The notes below the pieces were generated by a model. It saw only the letters and a program-made list of their open reading frames with translations, did not search any database and was not told the origin of the DNA. A stretch of 63,891 nucleotides of DNA, the filler included, from Octopus bimaculoides (Eukaryota): the NCBI RefSeq assembly GCF_001194135.2. It is 5 parts of 5 records of this genome, joined end to end, with 100 filler letters (N's around TTAATTAATTAA, not from the genome) between each part and the next. Parts side by side here need not be neighbours in the genome. Positions count along the whole stretch, not along the records: positions 1 to 30,598 come from NC_068986.1; positions 30,699 to 45,375 come from NC_069001.1; 3 more parts are not named here. The stretch is one strand, 5' to 3'. This document shows, piece after piece, positions 25,492 to 37,673 of the stretch; the first letter of the stretch is position 1, and every line of letters starts with the position of its first letter. The translations under genes were made by a program, and so were the position numbers.

Positions 25492-25884
25492 TATATGAGC
25501 TGATGTGTGCGAAGCTTTGTGAAACTGGAATTAATTAAAAGCACACACTAAGCACCGATAACTAAAATAAACTGTAAACATTTATATTTAACTCATGGAA
25601 AGAACTTTGCCACGGTAATAGTTTTATCATTTACCGTTTCTATATGAGAACAAGAGTTCTTCTAGGGATGTGAACAGCAAATTCGGTGTCTGTAGTTAAC
25701 GAAGTCCATCGATGAAGAAACACGTGCTCTGGAGTCCGACGTCATCATTAATTGTCCAGCACTGTGCGTTTTCACAAACATTACCTATAAGTATTTCTCT
25801 TCGAAGACAATTACTGCAGTAAAAATTCTAAAGATCTTCCCACTTTTGAGTGTACACGAACATGTTAAATATGAATTTCTACAG

Positions 25885-25933
<49 letters not shown>

Positions 25934-25943
25934 NNNNNNNNNN

Positions 25944-25977
<34 letters not shown>

Positions 25978-26154
25978 TGTGTATGTGTATACACACACAT
26001 ATATATACATATGTATGTACGTATGTATGTGTGTATGTATGCATATACATATATATGTACGTATGTATGTGTGTATGTATGCATATACATATATATGTAT
26101 GTATGTATGCATGATTGTATGTACGTATATGTGTGTGAGTGTGTGTGTGTGGTG

Positions 26155-26195
<41 letters not shown>

Positions 26196-27229
26196 TATGT
26201 CCATTGGTAACAGTCTATTCAATGATCCTAGTCTGGATTTGTTCATTTTGAAATCTTTATACATCTGATCTACACTTGACGTTATCTCATTACTTCACCC
26301 ATGCTGTTTATGTTTTATATTCGATAGATTTTTGTTGAATATATTTCCTGAGAGTGGATGCATTTTTAACCTATGATCGAAGCAGCTTTTCGACGTATAA
26401 TCAGTGCCAACTCATTTGTGCTGACACAAACGGGATTTACTCGATGACAAATATCTCGGCAACTAGTTGGTATGTTGTGCGAAAGTGGATTTAGCACACA
26501 TGTGTAGAATGATATATTTCTTTATGCTTAATCTTTAAAAAGCAGGTATATACAGCACACGAATTCTTCGAATTGCCTGGAGTAAATTATCATCACTTTT
26601 CTACCACAGAACATATAGAAACCGAAATAGGAATGGACCACAAATTTAAGTATACTGTGGTCAGTTATCGAATTTCCTAAATCCTATATGAAGGATCTTG
26701 ATTAGGCTGCACGGGTGCGTATGAGAAAGTTATGTTGGTATCACTTCTCAAATTGTTCCATTCTAATAATGAGCCTATTCCGAAATGTTGGCTTTTCAGC
26801 AAGTTTCTTCTAAAGTTCTTTATTCTGACTACAGGTTAAATATATTATATTATTACGGGTCAAATTTATTTGAAGTTACTTCAAGTACAGAAAATGTCCT
26901 TTAGATATTTAGAGTTTTCCTTCCTAATCAAATTTTTTGTCAAAATCTTAAAAGGTATTTCGCAAGAGGGAAGCAAAACGTATATATATATATATATATT
27001 CTCTCTATTGAATTTTATACACCACTTTATTTCTAAGCAGCTGTTCGCTTTATACATACATTTTCTGTTACTTATTCATGATTATATTTTTGCAATTTCT
27101 TCCATTTTCATATTCTAAAATTCTTTAGTTTGGCATATATAGATTTTTTTGAGTTGTTTGCTATCTGAAGAACACGACCAATAAATCGATGTGTATTCTT
27201 GAGCCTTTTAGTCTGAGCAAGAACACATA

Positions 27230-28200
27230 CAAGGGTTGGACAAAATAATGGAAACACCTAGAATCATAGCATCATAATTTTTAAAATCTATAAAACCGTT
27301 AAAAGCTTGTTTATTTCTGTTTCTTTGATTTATTATTAGTGTTGCTTAATATGTTTTTCTAAAATTGCTGTTTCTTTTCAAATATTATCAGAAAAAGGCT
27401 AATTAAAATTCATTAAAATGATAGACCTATCGGACTTTCAAAGAGGTCAAATTGTTGGTGCTCGTATGGCAAGCGCTAACGTAATGAAAACAGCCGAAAT
27501 ATTTGGTGTATCAAAAAGTACTGTCTCGAAAGTAATGACAGCCTTTGAGAAAGAGGGAAAAACCTCCTCCTCGAAACAAAACTCCGGAAGGAAACCAAAA
27601 CTTTCAGATAGAGACCGTCAGACTCTTACGCGAATTGTTAGAAAGAATCACAAAAAAGTACAGCTCCTAAAATTACTGCAGAGCTTAAGGGCCACCCCGA
27701 GAACCCAGTTTGCACAAAAACTGTTCGCCAGGAGCTGCACAAAGCCGAATTTCACGGAAGGGCTGCAATCAGAAAACCACTACTTTCAAAAACAAACGTT
27801 GCAAAGCGTTTAGAGTGGAGTCAAAACCTACAGAATTGGTCCCTACAGCAGTAGAGGAATGTTATTTTCTCGGATGAGTCATCCTTTACCCTATTTCCGA
27901 CCACCGGCTGAGCATACGTGTGAAGATAGTCAAAAGAAGCATTTGACCCAGACTGCCTTCTTCCAACTGTTAAACATGGAGGAGGATGTGTGATGATCTG
28001 GGGCGGGGGCTTTATCTTGGAAATCCGCCGGCCCAATGGCTTCCATTCTTGGAAGAATTAATAGTCAAGACTATTTAAGCATTTTATCTGATCAAATTCA
28101 TCCAATGGTTGCAGAACTGTTTCCGGAGGGAAACGTAATCTTTCAGGATGATAATGCACGAATTCACACAGCTAAAGTTGCTACTGAATGGCATGAGGAA
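27230..28200 (+). mobile_element. Tc1-family DNA transposon, 3'-truncated pseudogene
   Basis: TA plus left TIR CAAGGGTTGGACAAAATAATGGAAACACCT. Transposase from ATG 27418: HTH (DLSDFQRGQIVGAR..GVSKSTVSKV), SGRKPKLSDRD, IRKPLLS..KRLEW, FSDES, TVKHGGGCVMIWG, FQDDNARIHTAK. At least 2 frameshifts and several stops; ends before the SPDLNPIE motif and the right TIR. Confidence 0.93.
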
Positions 28201-29244
28201 GAAAATCGGGGATCTCGTGTGAATGAGTTCAGCATATAACATGAACAAACTCCATTGAAGGTATACAATATCTAAATGGAGGTGATATATAGGAGACCAT
28301 GCTAGGAGTAATATCTAATTTCTGTATCGCATGCAGGGTTCTCTGAGATTTTACCTTGCTCTATGAGATTTCCACGATTGGCGCTATCTTGGTTTATCTA
28401 AGTGCCATTAGATTTCCTTAATTCAGTTGAATGCTGGAGAACCAAAAGTAGAATTTTGATCTTTTGTAAGGATTTCAAGTAAAGAATTCCCTGAAGGCTC
28501 CTTAAAGTTCATGGGGTAAAAGATGAGCAACCTGATGGTCAAGTGTACAGTTATGTTGCTGTTTAGAATAGAATTATTCTTACTGTTTAATCTGCGGGTA
28601 AATATTGATAACTAGAGGGACTTACCCATAGACAATACAGTGCAGATGTTTAAATACGAACCACAAACCTGTCTCCAGTTCTCCGCTACACTACCCGCTC
28701 AGCAAACCACACTTACATATCGACTCAGCATGCTGCAATTTCCACCCATTAAACATGAAATGCGAGAAATATAATAATATATATATAAATAGACAAAGCA
28801 AAAAAGCAAAAAAAAGTATATATAAACAAAAAAAAAAACAGAAATAAAGTTTGAGCGGCAAAAAAAAAATGAAAGAAAGAAAGTCTAAGAAAATGGATTA
28901 AAGAACCTAAAATACATAAATAAAGAAATAAAATATTGATATATATTTCCAAGTTTTCCAGGGGGTAAAAAACGCTGGAAAACTCAAAAATTCTCTCATT
29001 TCGATATGTATATTTTTTAATACTATATTGTATGTCAGTTTCCTTTCAAGTCTTTTGTGAGACTTTCATATTTCAAGGAAATATATTATCAGCATATAGA
29101 TTCTGTTTTGAGTTTGTCGCTGTGGCTGTTGTTTTTCTACGCTTATATATTTTTTTTCACAGAAGTGGGGAAGGGGTTACTATGACAGCCCCTTTAACTT
29201 ACATATATAAATATACTATTATTGTTGTTGTAGTTATTGTTGCT

Positions 29245-29245
29245 G

Positions 29246-29292
<47 letters not shown>

Positions 29293-29396
29293 TTCCTCTT
29301 CCTCTTCTTCTTCTTCTTCTTCTTCTTCTTCTTCTTCTTCTTCTTCTTCTTCTTCTTCTTCTTCTTCTTCTTCTTCTTCTTCTTCTTCTTCTTCTT
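29245..29396. repeat. (TTC)n microsatellite running into a gap
   Basis: Direct. Confidence 0.97.
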
Positions 29397-29708
29397 NNNN
29401 NNNNNNNNNNNNNNNNNNNNNNNNNNNNNNNNNNNNNNNNNNNNNNNNNNNNNNNNNNNNNNNNNNNNNNNNNNNNNNNNNNNNNNNNNNNNNNNNNNNN
29501 NNNNNNNNNNNNNNNNNNNNNNNNNNNNNNNNNNNNNNNNNNNNNNNNNNNNNNNNNNNNNNNNNNNNNNNNNNNNNNNNNNNNNNNNNNNNNNNNNNNN
29601 NNNNNNNNNNNNNNNNNNNNNNNNNNNNNNNNNNNNNNNNNNNNNNNNNNNNNNNNNNNNNNNNNNNNNNNNNNNNNNNNNNNNNNNNNNNNNNNNNNNN
29701 ATGTATAC

Positions 29709-29742
<34 letters not shown>

Positions 29743-30555
29743 ATACACACAACACACACTTGTATATATACATATATATTGCATGTATATTGTGTGCAAG
29801 TGCATGTCTCTGTGTGCATGCGTGAGCGGGTGAGCAGTATACGTCACAGCCTTTATCGCACACGTTAATCGTTCAAATAATTCCTGATATGGCGATCAGT
29901 TCCATCTTTTCTATTACGTTTCCGTCTCTTTTTGTGACGTATCTATTTACATTGTGTAGTTATATAAACAGACCTAAGGGCAGTACTATTCACATCGTTT
30001 GACACAATCAGCTTTTGCGATCGTAAAATATCGTGATTTTAGAAAGTAAAAAAAAAAAAATTAAAAAGAATAAGAAAATAATAGGAATTCAAAATTCAAA
30101 CAGCAAAATTGTATATACGTACATAAAATTCATAGTTGTGTAACATATATATACACGCAACTCAAAGAATGCACACGCATATGTATGCAAGATGTAAGTG
30201 TACACACCCGTGTGTCCATCGGTGTGTATATATATTTACATGTACACACAATTCTCTTCCCATATATACATATACATATATTTATACACACACAGACATA
30301 CTATATACTATATATATGTGAGTGTGTCTGTGTAAGTATATATATTGCATGTATGTGTGTATATATATGGGTGTGTATGCGTGCTTGTGTGTGTGTGTAT
30401 GTGTGCGCACATGCAATATATATACTGACATATTTGCATATATATCATATGATATATATATATGTATATATACGTAATTATATATATATATATATTGCAT
30501 ATACATGTATGTACATATTTATACATATATACATATATATATATACATATATATT

Positions 30556-30598
<43 letters not shown>

Positions 30599-30698
30599 NN
30601 NNNNNNNNNNNNNNNNNNNNNNNNNNNNNNNNNNNNNNNNNNTTAATTAATTAANNNNNNNNNNNNNNNNNNNNNNNNNNNNNNNNNNNNNNNNNNNN
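30599..30698. other. Artificial scaffold join (44 N + TTAATTAATTAA + 44 N)
   Basis: The identical 100-nt construct occurs four times; the 12-mer gives TAA stops in all six frames. Confidence 0.95.
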
Positions 30699-30731
30699 TG
30701 CGCCTATGAATTTTTTTTTTTTTTATTTTTT

Positions 30732-31190
30732 AAAAGGGTCTCTTCGGCAATAGAAGCGGCAAGAAATATTCGTTGTGTACTGAAATAAAGCATTTAAGTG
30801 TCCTGACATACCAATGATGATTTGGCCAGTTTCACTCAGTAATTTTTTTTTTTTTTTTTTTCTACGGGTTCTTCTCGATCTGGACGACAAAGTTCTTTCA
30901 ATATTGAAGACTGTAGTTGAGGAAAATGCAGAGCGAGCTGCACGAGAATTAGAACTGTTGAATTTCAAGTCACACTTCGATCATGAAATAACTTCACGAA
31001 CGAGGAAAAGTGGCTAAATTTGGTCAGTGGGTCTTTTATCATCTGAAAGCTTCTCGGTTTCATTAAAGTGTTGCCCTTTGCTCGTCCTTAAAGAGTAGAC
31101 TTTCTACTTTTCTTCATAAAGTAATGAAAAGCGTGTTCTCTATAATTATATCCAACGAAAACGAGACAGTGTTTAGCGTCCAATGAAAAA
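30732..31190 (+). mobile_element. Degraded mariner transposase relic
   Basis: Frameshifted segments: KGSSAIEAARNIRCVY, SRSGRQSSFN, LKTVVEENAERAAREL, GKVAKFGQWV, then FLHK..EK..LYNYIQRKR.CLASNEK. These are collinear with the mariner HTH-linker-catalytic start. Confidence 0.72.
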
Positions 31191-32204
31191 GATCAAGTCA
31201 CTTGCTATGCAAGTACATCTCCGTAGTATATTATTTATATATATATTAATGACTTATAGGCACACGGTATTTCGTTATACAACTATAATATGCTACAAAC
31301 TATATTAAACGTTTCTTTTTATAATACTGTGTGCTACTGTGTTAGCAGTGCATTTAAATCACGTGTTAGTCATCTATACAGATTTCCTACAGATACATCT
31401 CTACATGCTGGCGAAGGAGCAAAACTCCTGAAGGATGGCATATACACCCATTACACACTTTTTTCATCCTTTTATATATTTTTTTTTTTGCTGAAGGCGA
31501 AATTAGATGCTATTTTTTATAAGTTTAGCAACCACTTAGGGGTACTCTTGTTGGGTTGATGTTTCATGAGATAGAGCAGGAGGTCAGTTAGTAAGGGTGA
31601 ATCGAGTAAGAGACTCGGACCAGGTTTCAATCCCTGTCCAACGCAAGTTACCGTAATTTATGCTATTTATTTCTTTGAAACCTGCATGAATNNNNNNNNN
31701 NNNNNNNNNNNNNNNNNNNNNNNNNNNNNNNNNNNNNNNNNNNNNNNNNNNNNNNNNNNNNNNNNNNNNNNNNNNNNNNNNNNNNNNNNNNNNNNNNNNN
31801 NNNNNNNNNNNNNNNNNNNNNNNNNNNNNNNNNNNNNNNNNNNNNNNNNNNNNNNNNNNNNNNNNNNNNNNNNNNNNNNNNNNNNNNNNNNNNNNNNNNN
31901 NNNNNNNNNNNNNNNNNNNNNNNNNNNNNNNNNNNNNNNNNNNNNNNNNNNNNNNNNNNNNNNNNNNNNNNNNNNNNNNNNNNNNNNNNNNNNNGCTTCT
32001 GATGCTGCTGCTGCTAGTGTTGTTATTGTTGTTGCAAATGAACCGTATTACCAATGCTCCCTTCAAAATTCCTACCCCCACCCTACAACCTGTCCGTTCT
32101 CAACCACCCACCCACCCCGCTATTCTTTCAGGACTCCTCCTTGTCTCCACGCCTCCACTTCCGCCTATATGTATGCACATTGGATAGAAAACCCCGCATT
32201 AACT

Positions 32205-32537
32205 TCCTATGTAGTCATCATCATCATTGTCAACATCATCGTCATCGTCATCATCATCATCGTCATCGACGTCGTCGTCGTCGTCGTTGTGGTCGTCATT
32301 GCCACCACCATCGTCATCTTCATCAGCAGCAGTAGCATCACCAATACCATCACCACCGCCTCCACCATCATCATCATCATCGTCGTCGTCATTATCAGCA
32401 GTACCGCCACCACCACCACCATCACCACCATCATCGTCATCATCAACCCCCCTCCCCACATCTTATTCGTACGTATCCCTCCCCCATGAGATGTTTCGCT
32501 AATCTTTCTTCTCAAGTAACTTTACCACGATATTAAA

Positions 32538-32574
<37 letters not shown>

Positions 32575-32983
32575 AAAATACTGTTTTAAATCCCCTTGTC
32601 ACCATCGCCCCCCGCCCATGCACCCCTCACAATCCCATTAGTTTCACTCCTACCTCCTACCACCACCACCACCACCACCACCATATAAACACCTATATAA
32701 CATTTTCAAAAATCTTTAAAAAACAACTTTAAAACAATCACGCACAACAACTACGATCACCATCATCATCATCATCATCATCACCATCATCATCACAATC
32801 ATCATCATCATCACCATCATCAACATCACCATCACCATCGTCATCAATATCACCATCAATATCACCATCACCATCATCATCATCATCATCACCATCATCA
32901 TCACCATCATCATCACCATCATCATCATCATCATCACCATCATCATCACCATCATCATCACCATCATCATCACCATCATCATC

Positions 32984-33041
<58 letters not shown>

Positions 33042-33090
33042 CCATCATCATCACCATCATCATCATCACCATCATCATCATCATCGTTGT
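32205..33090. repeat. (CAT)n/(CAC)n/(CGT)n and (ATT)n trinucleotide tracts
   Basis: Direct; source of the poly-Met/His/Asp ORFs. Confidence 0.95.
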
Positions 33091-33279
33091 TGTTTTAATT
33101 ATAATTTTTTGTTTTTGTTTTTGTTTTTTAACATACTATAATTGTATGTTTTATTTTTATTTTTTTATTTTATTTTTTGTTTGTTTCTTTCTAAACTTTC
33201 GACGTCATTTATCCACATTCCAGAGAAACTCAAACTGTTCAGTCACACATGAAATATCTCATCGATTTCATCTACACAC

Positions 33280-33305
33280 ACACACATATATACACACACA
33301 CACAA

Positions 33306-33343
<38 letters not shown>

Positions 33344-33450
33344 ATATATATATACACACACACACACAANNNNNNNNNNCACACAAATATATATATACAC
33401 ACACACACACACATATATACACACACACACATATATACACACACACACAA

Positions 33451-33494
<44 letters not shown>

Positions 33495-33550
33495 ATATAT
33501 ATATACACACACACACACAAATATATATATACACACACATACACACACAA

Positions 33551-33583
<33 letters not shown>

Positions 33584-33764
33584 TATATACACACACACAA
33601 ATATATATACACACACACACACATATATGCACACGCACATATACACACACACAAATATATATATATATATACACACACACACACGCACATATATACACAC
33701 ACACACATACACACACACACACATATACACACACATACAAATATACACATTTTATAATAAAAGT

Positions 33765-33808
<44 letters not shown>

Positions 33809-33865
33809 GTATATATATATATGTATATACATATATATATATATATATATACACATGTATATATA
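33280..33865. repeat. Alternating (CA)n-(TA)n compound repeat with a recurring acacacacaaatatatatat unit
   Basis: Direct. Confidence 0.93.
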
Positions 33866-34810
33866 NNNNNNNNNNNNNNNNNNNNNNNNNNNNNNNNNNN
33901 NNNNNNNNNNNNNNNNNNNNNNNNNNNNNNNNNNNNNNNNNNNNNNNNNNNNNNNNNNNNNNNNNNNNNNNNNNNNNNNNNNNNNNNNNNNNNNNNNNNN
34001 NNNNNNNNNNNNNNNNNNNNNNNNNNNNNNNNNNNNNNNNNNNNNNNNNNNNNNNNNNNNNNNNNNNNNNNNNNNNNNNNNNNNNNNNNNNNNNNNNNNN
34101 NNNNNNNNNNNNNNNNNNNNNNNNNNNNNNNNNNNNNNCATCATTCAGTTTCCTTTCCTTCCTTCTTCCCTTTTTTTCTTTTCCTCGTTTCTGTCCATTT
34201 TTTTAGTCTTGATTAGTTTCAAATTTGAGGAAGAAAGAAAGAGGCGGAGGAGGAGGAGGAGGAGGAGGATGTTGTTGATGCTGGTGGTGGTGGTGGTGGT
34301 GGTGGTGATGATGATGAGCAGCAAAAACATGAACGACAAAGTAAAGGTTTGTGGTAGTGGTGGGAGGGATGTTTAATGTTTCTGTCGTGGTAGGAGTTGG
34401 GGAGAAGTTTACGTTCATGGAGGAAGAAAATACAGAGATAAGGGAAGCTAATTGGGGATTTTTGCGGCAAGATTGTGTGTGCATACGTGTATGTGTGTGC
34501 ATCTCTTATATATATGTGTGTGTGTGTGTTTGTGTATGCGCATACATACAGATAGATAGGTACATACGTACATAGACAGAGACAGGTAGATAGTTAAGCA
34601 GACACAGATAGACAGAAAGATGGATAGAATCATTGACTGAGAGACAGGTAGTTCGGGAAACGGACACACACACAGACTGCTTTAATGGAGGAACAAATAT
34701 GCAGATAAGGGAAACTAATTGGAGTATTCTATGGTAACATTGTGTGTATATACGTGTACATGTCTCTTTCTCTCCCTCTCTCTGTATATATGCATATGTA
34801 TGTAAATATA

Positions 34811-34841
<31 letters not shown>

Positions 34842-34974
34842 TGATACAGACATAGAAGCAGACACTCTTTTTCATTTTCTTTTCCTCTCCTCTTTTTCTT
34901 CCTCTTTCTTCGTCTTCTTTCTCAAAGTTGAAACTGTAATCAAGAAAAGGAAGGAAGGAGAGGAAATAGATAGG

Positions 34975-35005
<31 letters not shown>

Positions 35006-35018
35006 GTAGATAGATATA

Positions 35019-35231
35019 TTTCTTTATTGCCCCAGAGGGCTAAACACAGAGGGGACTAACAAGGACAAAGGGATTAAGTCGATTGCATCGACTCCAGTGC
35101 GTAACTGGTACTTACTTAATTGACCTCGAAAGGATGAAAGGCAGAGTCGACCTCGGCGGAATTTGAACTCAGAACGTAAAGACAGACGAAATACCGTTAA
35201 GCATTCCGCCCGGCGTGCTAACGATTCTGCC
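35019..35231 (-). mobile_element. Near full-length Nin/Deu-domain tRNA SINE
   Basis: Reverse complement: ggcagaatcgttagcacgccggg (A box) ... gagttcaaattcc (B box) ... gtcgactctgcctttcatcctttcgaggtcaattaagtaagtaccagt (Deu/Nin-like core). Confidence 0.85.
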
Positions 35232-35244
35232 ATATATATATATT

Positions 35245-35400
35245 CTTCTTTTCAGTTTCTGTCTACCAAATCCACTTACAAGGCTTTTTGGTCGGCCCGA
35301 GGCTATAGTAGAAAACACATTCCCAAGGTGCCACGCAGCAGGACTGAACCTGGAACCATATGGTTGGGAAACTTTCTTACCACACAGCCACGCACCCCTG
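35245..35400 (-). mobile_element. SINE family B 5' half
   Basis: ttcttttcagtttctgtctaccaaatccacttacaaggc...ggactgaacctggaaccatatgg...cacacagccacgc. Confidence 0.9.
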
Positions 35401-35412
35401 CAGATATTACAA

Positions 35413-35545
35413 AACAGGCACTCCGTCAGTTATGACAATGAGGGTTCCAGCTGATCCGATCCACGGAACAGCCTGCTTGGGAAACTAATGTACAAGTGGC
35501 TAAGCATTTCGCAATCATGCATACCCTTAATGTATTTCAGGCATG
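35413..35545 (-). mobile_element. SINE family A 3' fragment
   Basis: ggcactccgtcagttatgacaatgagggttccagctgatccgatccacggaacagcctgc is the reverse complement of the end of 2273-2662. Confidence 0.82.
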
Positions 35546-35936
35546 GATCTTGTACGTTGCTTTGTAAAACTCGTCCCCGCATATTGTTTACCAGGAGCTG
35601 TTTCACAACGAAAACCAATCGTGTTTATGAAAATACATCCGGAAACTCATAAATATCCGTCGAGTATATATTAAAAGATGAGTAAATAGGAGAGATTGGA
35701 TTGAGCAAACATGTTTTATTGCATAAACACTATAATTGTTTTCTTAACTTTACCGGCAGATAATTGCCGATATATTATTATGTAATATATAATAAATACA
35801 TTAAATTTATTACATTGCGTCTGTATTATTTCAACAACATTAGCAGATAAAGACTCCTCAAGTATGAACGCAAAATGTTTGCTAAAACAAATCATCAGTT
35901 ACGATATATGTCTGTGCTTTTAGCACCGCACTTCTA

Positions 35937-36366
35937 CGAAGGTCGGCTAAAGGCTGGTCAAGATTCCCACATGGAGTGTAACTAAATGAGGTTTATTTTT
36001 CAACAAAGGCCCTCCTGCGGTCCACACACTTCTTCCATTGGTGTTGCCGTGCTTGGGTCCTATTAAAGAAGCTTTCATCTTGTTGATGAAGCCGGAGCAA
36101 CCGTGTCAGCATGAATGTCGGGGCTAAATCCTTTTTCTGTAGGAGGTACTTGATAACACCACGATGCCAAATTTTGTCCATTCTTTTAAAGATATGCCTC
36201 CAATAATTATATTTGAAATCTTCTTTGAACGGTCAGATATCAGTTTACCTGTAAAGAAACAATGCAGTGATTAAGAAGACGGGTTGAAAGCAATGCATGC
36301 AAGATTTCACAGGTCTAACGTTACTCTTTCAGAGACGGCCTATGAACTTTTCAGCCTACCTTCTTG
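35937..36366 (-). mobile_element. Internally deleted non-autonomous mariner
   Basis: Imperfect TIRs TA-CGAAGGTCGGCTAAA and (reverse complement) TA-CAAGAAGGTAGGCTGAAAAG. The ORF joins the mariner N-terminus MDKIWHRGVIKYL to the C-terminus WKKCVDRR..VEK*. Confidence 0.85.
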
Positions 36367-36506
36367 TATGAGAGGACCTTTGAAGGCGAATACTGCAGTA
36401 GTGCACCATTCTATTATTACATCCACGCTTAGTAAAATTTGAAAGATTGCTGTATATGGAATGTATTAGTTTGACGCTCGGTAAAGGTGGAAAAGAGAGA
36501 GAGGGT

Positions 36507-36540
36507 TTTTAACGTTTCGGACATATCTCTTCATCAGAAA
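36507..36540 (-). ncRNA. Possible minimal hammerhead motif (PLE type), degenerate
   Basis: Minus strand: TTT-CTGATGA-AGAGATATGTCC-GAAAC-GTT-AAAA. Intact CUGAUGA and GAAA cores, palindromic AACGTT, weak stems I and II. Confidence 0.4.
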
Positions 36541-36580
36541 GGAAAGCGGAAAAGTCCAGAGAAGGAAAAAATATCACCAA

Positions 36581-36710
36581 CTGGAGCACAGCTTTTTGGG
36601 GTTTAAGTCAAACAGATCAACACTTGCTCAAACTGTCACGCAGTGGGACTGAACCCGCAACAATATGGTTGGGAATCAAGCTTCTTACAACACAACCATG
36701 CTTGTAGCTA
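36581..36710 (-). mobile_element. Internally deleted SINE family B
   Basis: The 3' piece ctggagcacagc..ttaagtcaaacagatc is joined directly to the head piece acttgctcaa..cacgcagtgggactgaacccg..atggttggg. Confidence 0.7.
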
Positions 36711-36969
36711 TATAAAAAAGGAAAATATAACGAAACATTTTCGAAATCGTTAAAAGACGGCCGTGTGGTATGTTTGTGGGAAATATTTTATTGATGATTA
36801 TAAATTGATGTTCTGCATAATAATTTCAAGGGTGTGGTTATTAGTGGTCTGGCTATTAATTAATAAAATATAAAATTACCTAATATTAATTTTAACTATT
36901 AGTTTAATGCATTTATCGTTCTAATTTATGTTGTTTTATGTAATTGTGAGAAGCAAGAAATGTTTAGAT

Positions 36970-37130
36970 ATGATGGTTGGTGTGGCTCTGGGATAAGGCG
37001 TTCGCTTCCCAACCACATGGTTCCGGGTTCAGACTCATTGCGTGGAACCTTGGTCAAGGCCGACCAAAGTCTTGTAAGGGGATTTGGTAGATAGAAACTG
37101 AAAAAAAGCCTGTGATGTGTGTGTGTGTTT
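36970..37130 (+). mobile_element. SINE family B 5' half with a small deletion
   Basis: tcgcttcccaaccacatggttccgggttcag..tgcgtggaaccttgg|caaggccgaccaaagtcttgtaagggatttggtagatagaaactgaaa. Confidence 0.85.
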
Positions 37131-37169
37131 GTATATATCTGTATGTCTTTGTGCTTGTGTTTCTTTATT

Positions 37170-37573
37170 TATTTATACTCTTTACACTTTTACTCTTTTA
37201 CTTGTTTCAGTCTTGTGACTGCGGCCATGCTGGAGCATCGCCTTTAGTCGAGCAAATCGACCCCAGGACTTATTCTTTAGAAGCCTAGTACCTATTCTAT
37301 CGGCCTCTTTTGCAGAACCGCTAAGTTACGGGGACATAAACACGGCAGCATCGGTTGTGAAGCGATGTTGGGGGCACAAACACAGAAACACAAACACATA
37401 CATATATATATACATATATACGACGGGCTTCTTTCAGTTTCCGTCTACCAAATCCAATCACAAGGCTTTGGTCGGCCTGAGGCTATAGTAGAAGAGACTT
37501 GCCCAAGATGCCACGCAGTGGGCCTGAACACAGGACCATGTGGTTGGTAAGCAAGCTACTTACCACACAGCCA
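37170..37573 (-). mobile_element. Essentially full-length SINE family B
   Basis: tRNA head, ttgggcaagtctcttct CORE-like motif, central TA/CA microsatellite, 3' half with (TTTAC)-like tail. Confidence 0.93.
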
Positions 37574-37673
37574 NNNNNNNNNNNNNNNNNNNNNNNNNNN
37601 NNNNNNNNNNNNNNNNNNNNNNNNNNNNNNNNNNNNNNNNNNNNNNNNNNNNNNNNNNNNNNNNNNNNNNNNN

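Noticed and set aside
28953-28983. 9-bp stem hairpin GTTTTCCAG...CTGGAAAAC
   Set aside because: Short enough to occur by chance, with no TSD or internal structure.
30643-30654. TTAATTAATTAA palindrome recurring four times
   Set aside because: It is always centred in exactly 44 N on each side, so it is an artificial six-frame-stop linker.
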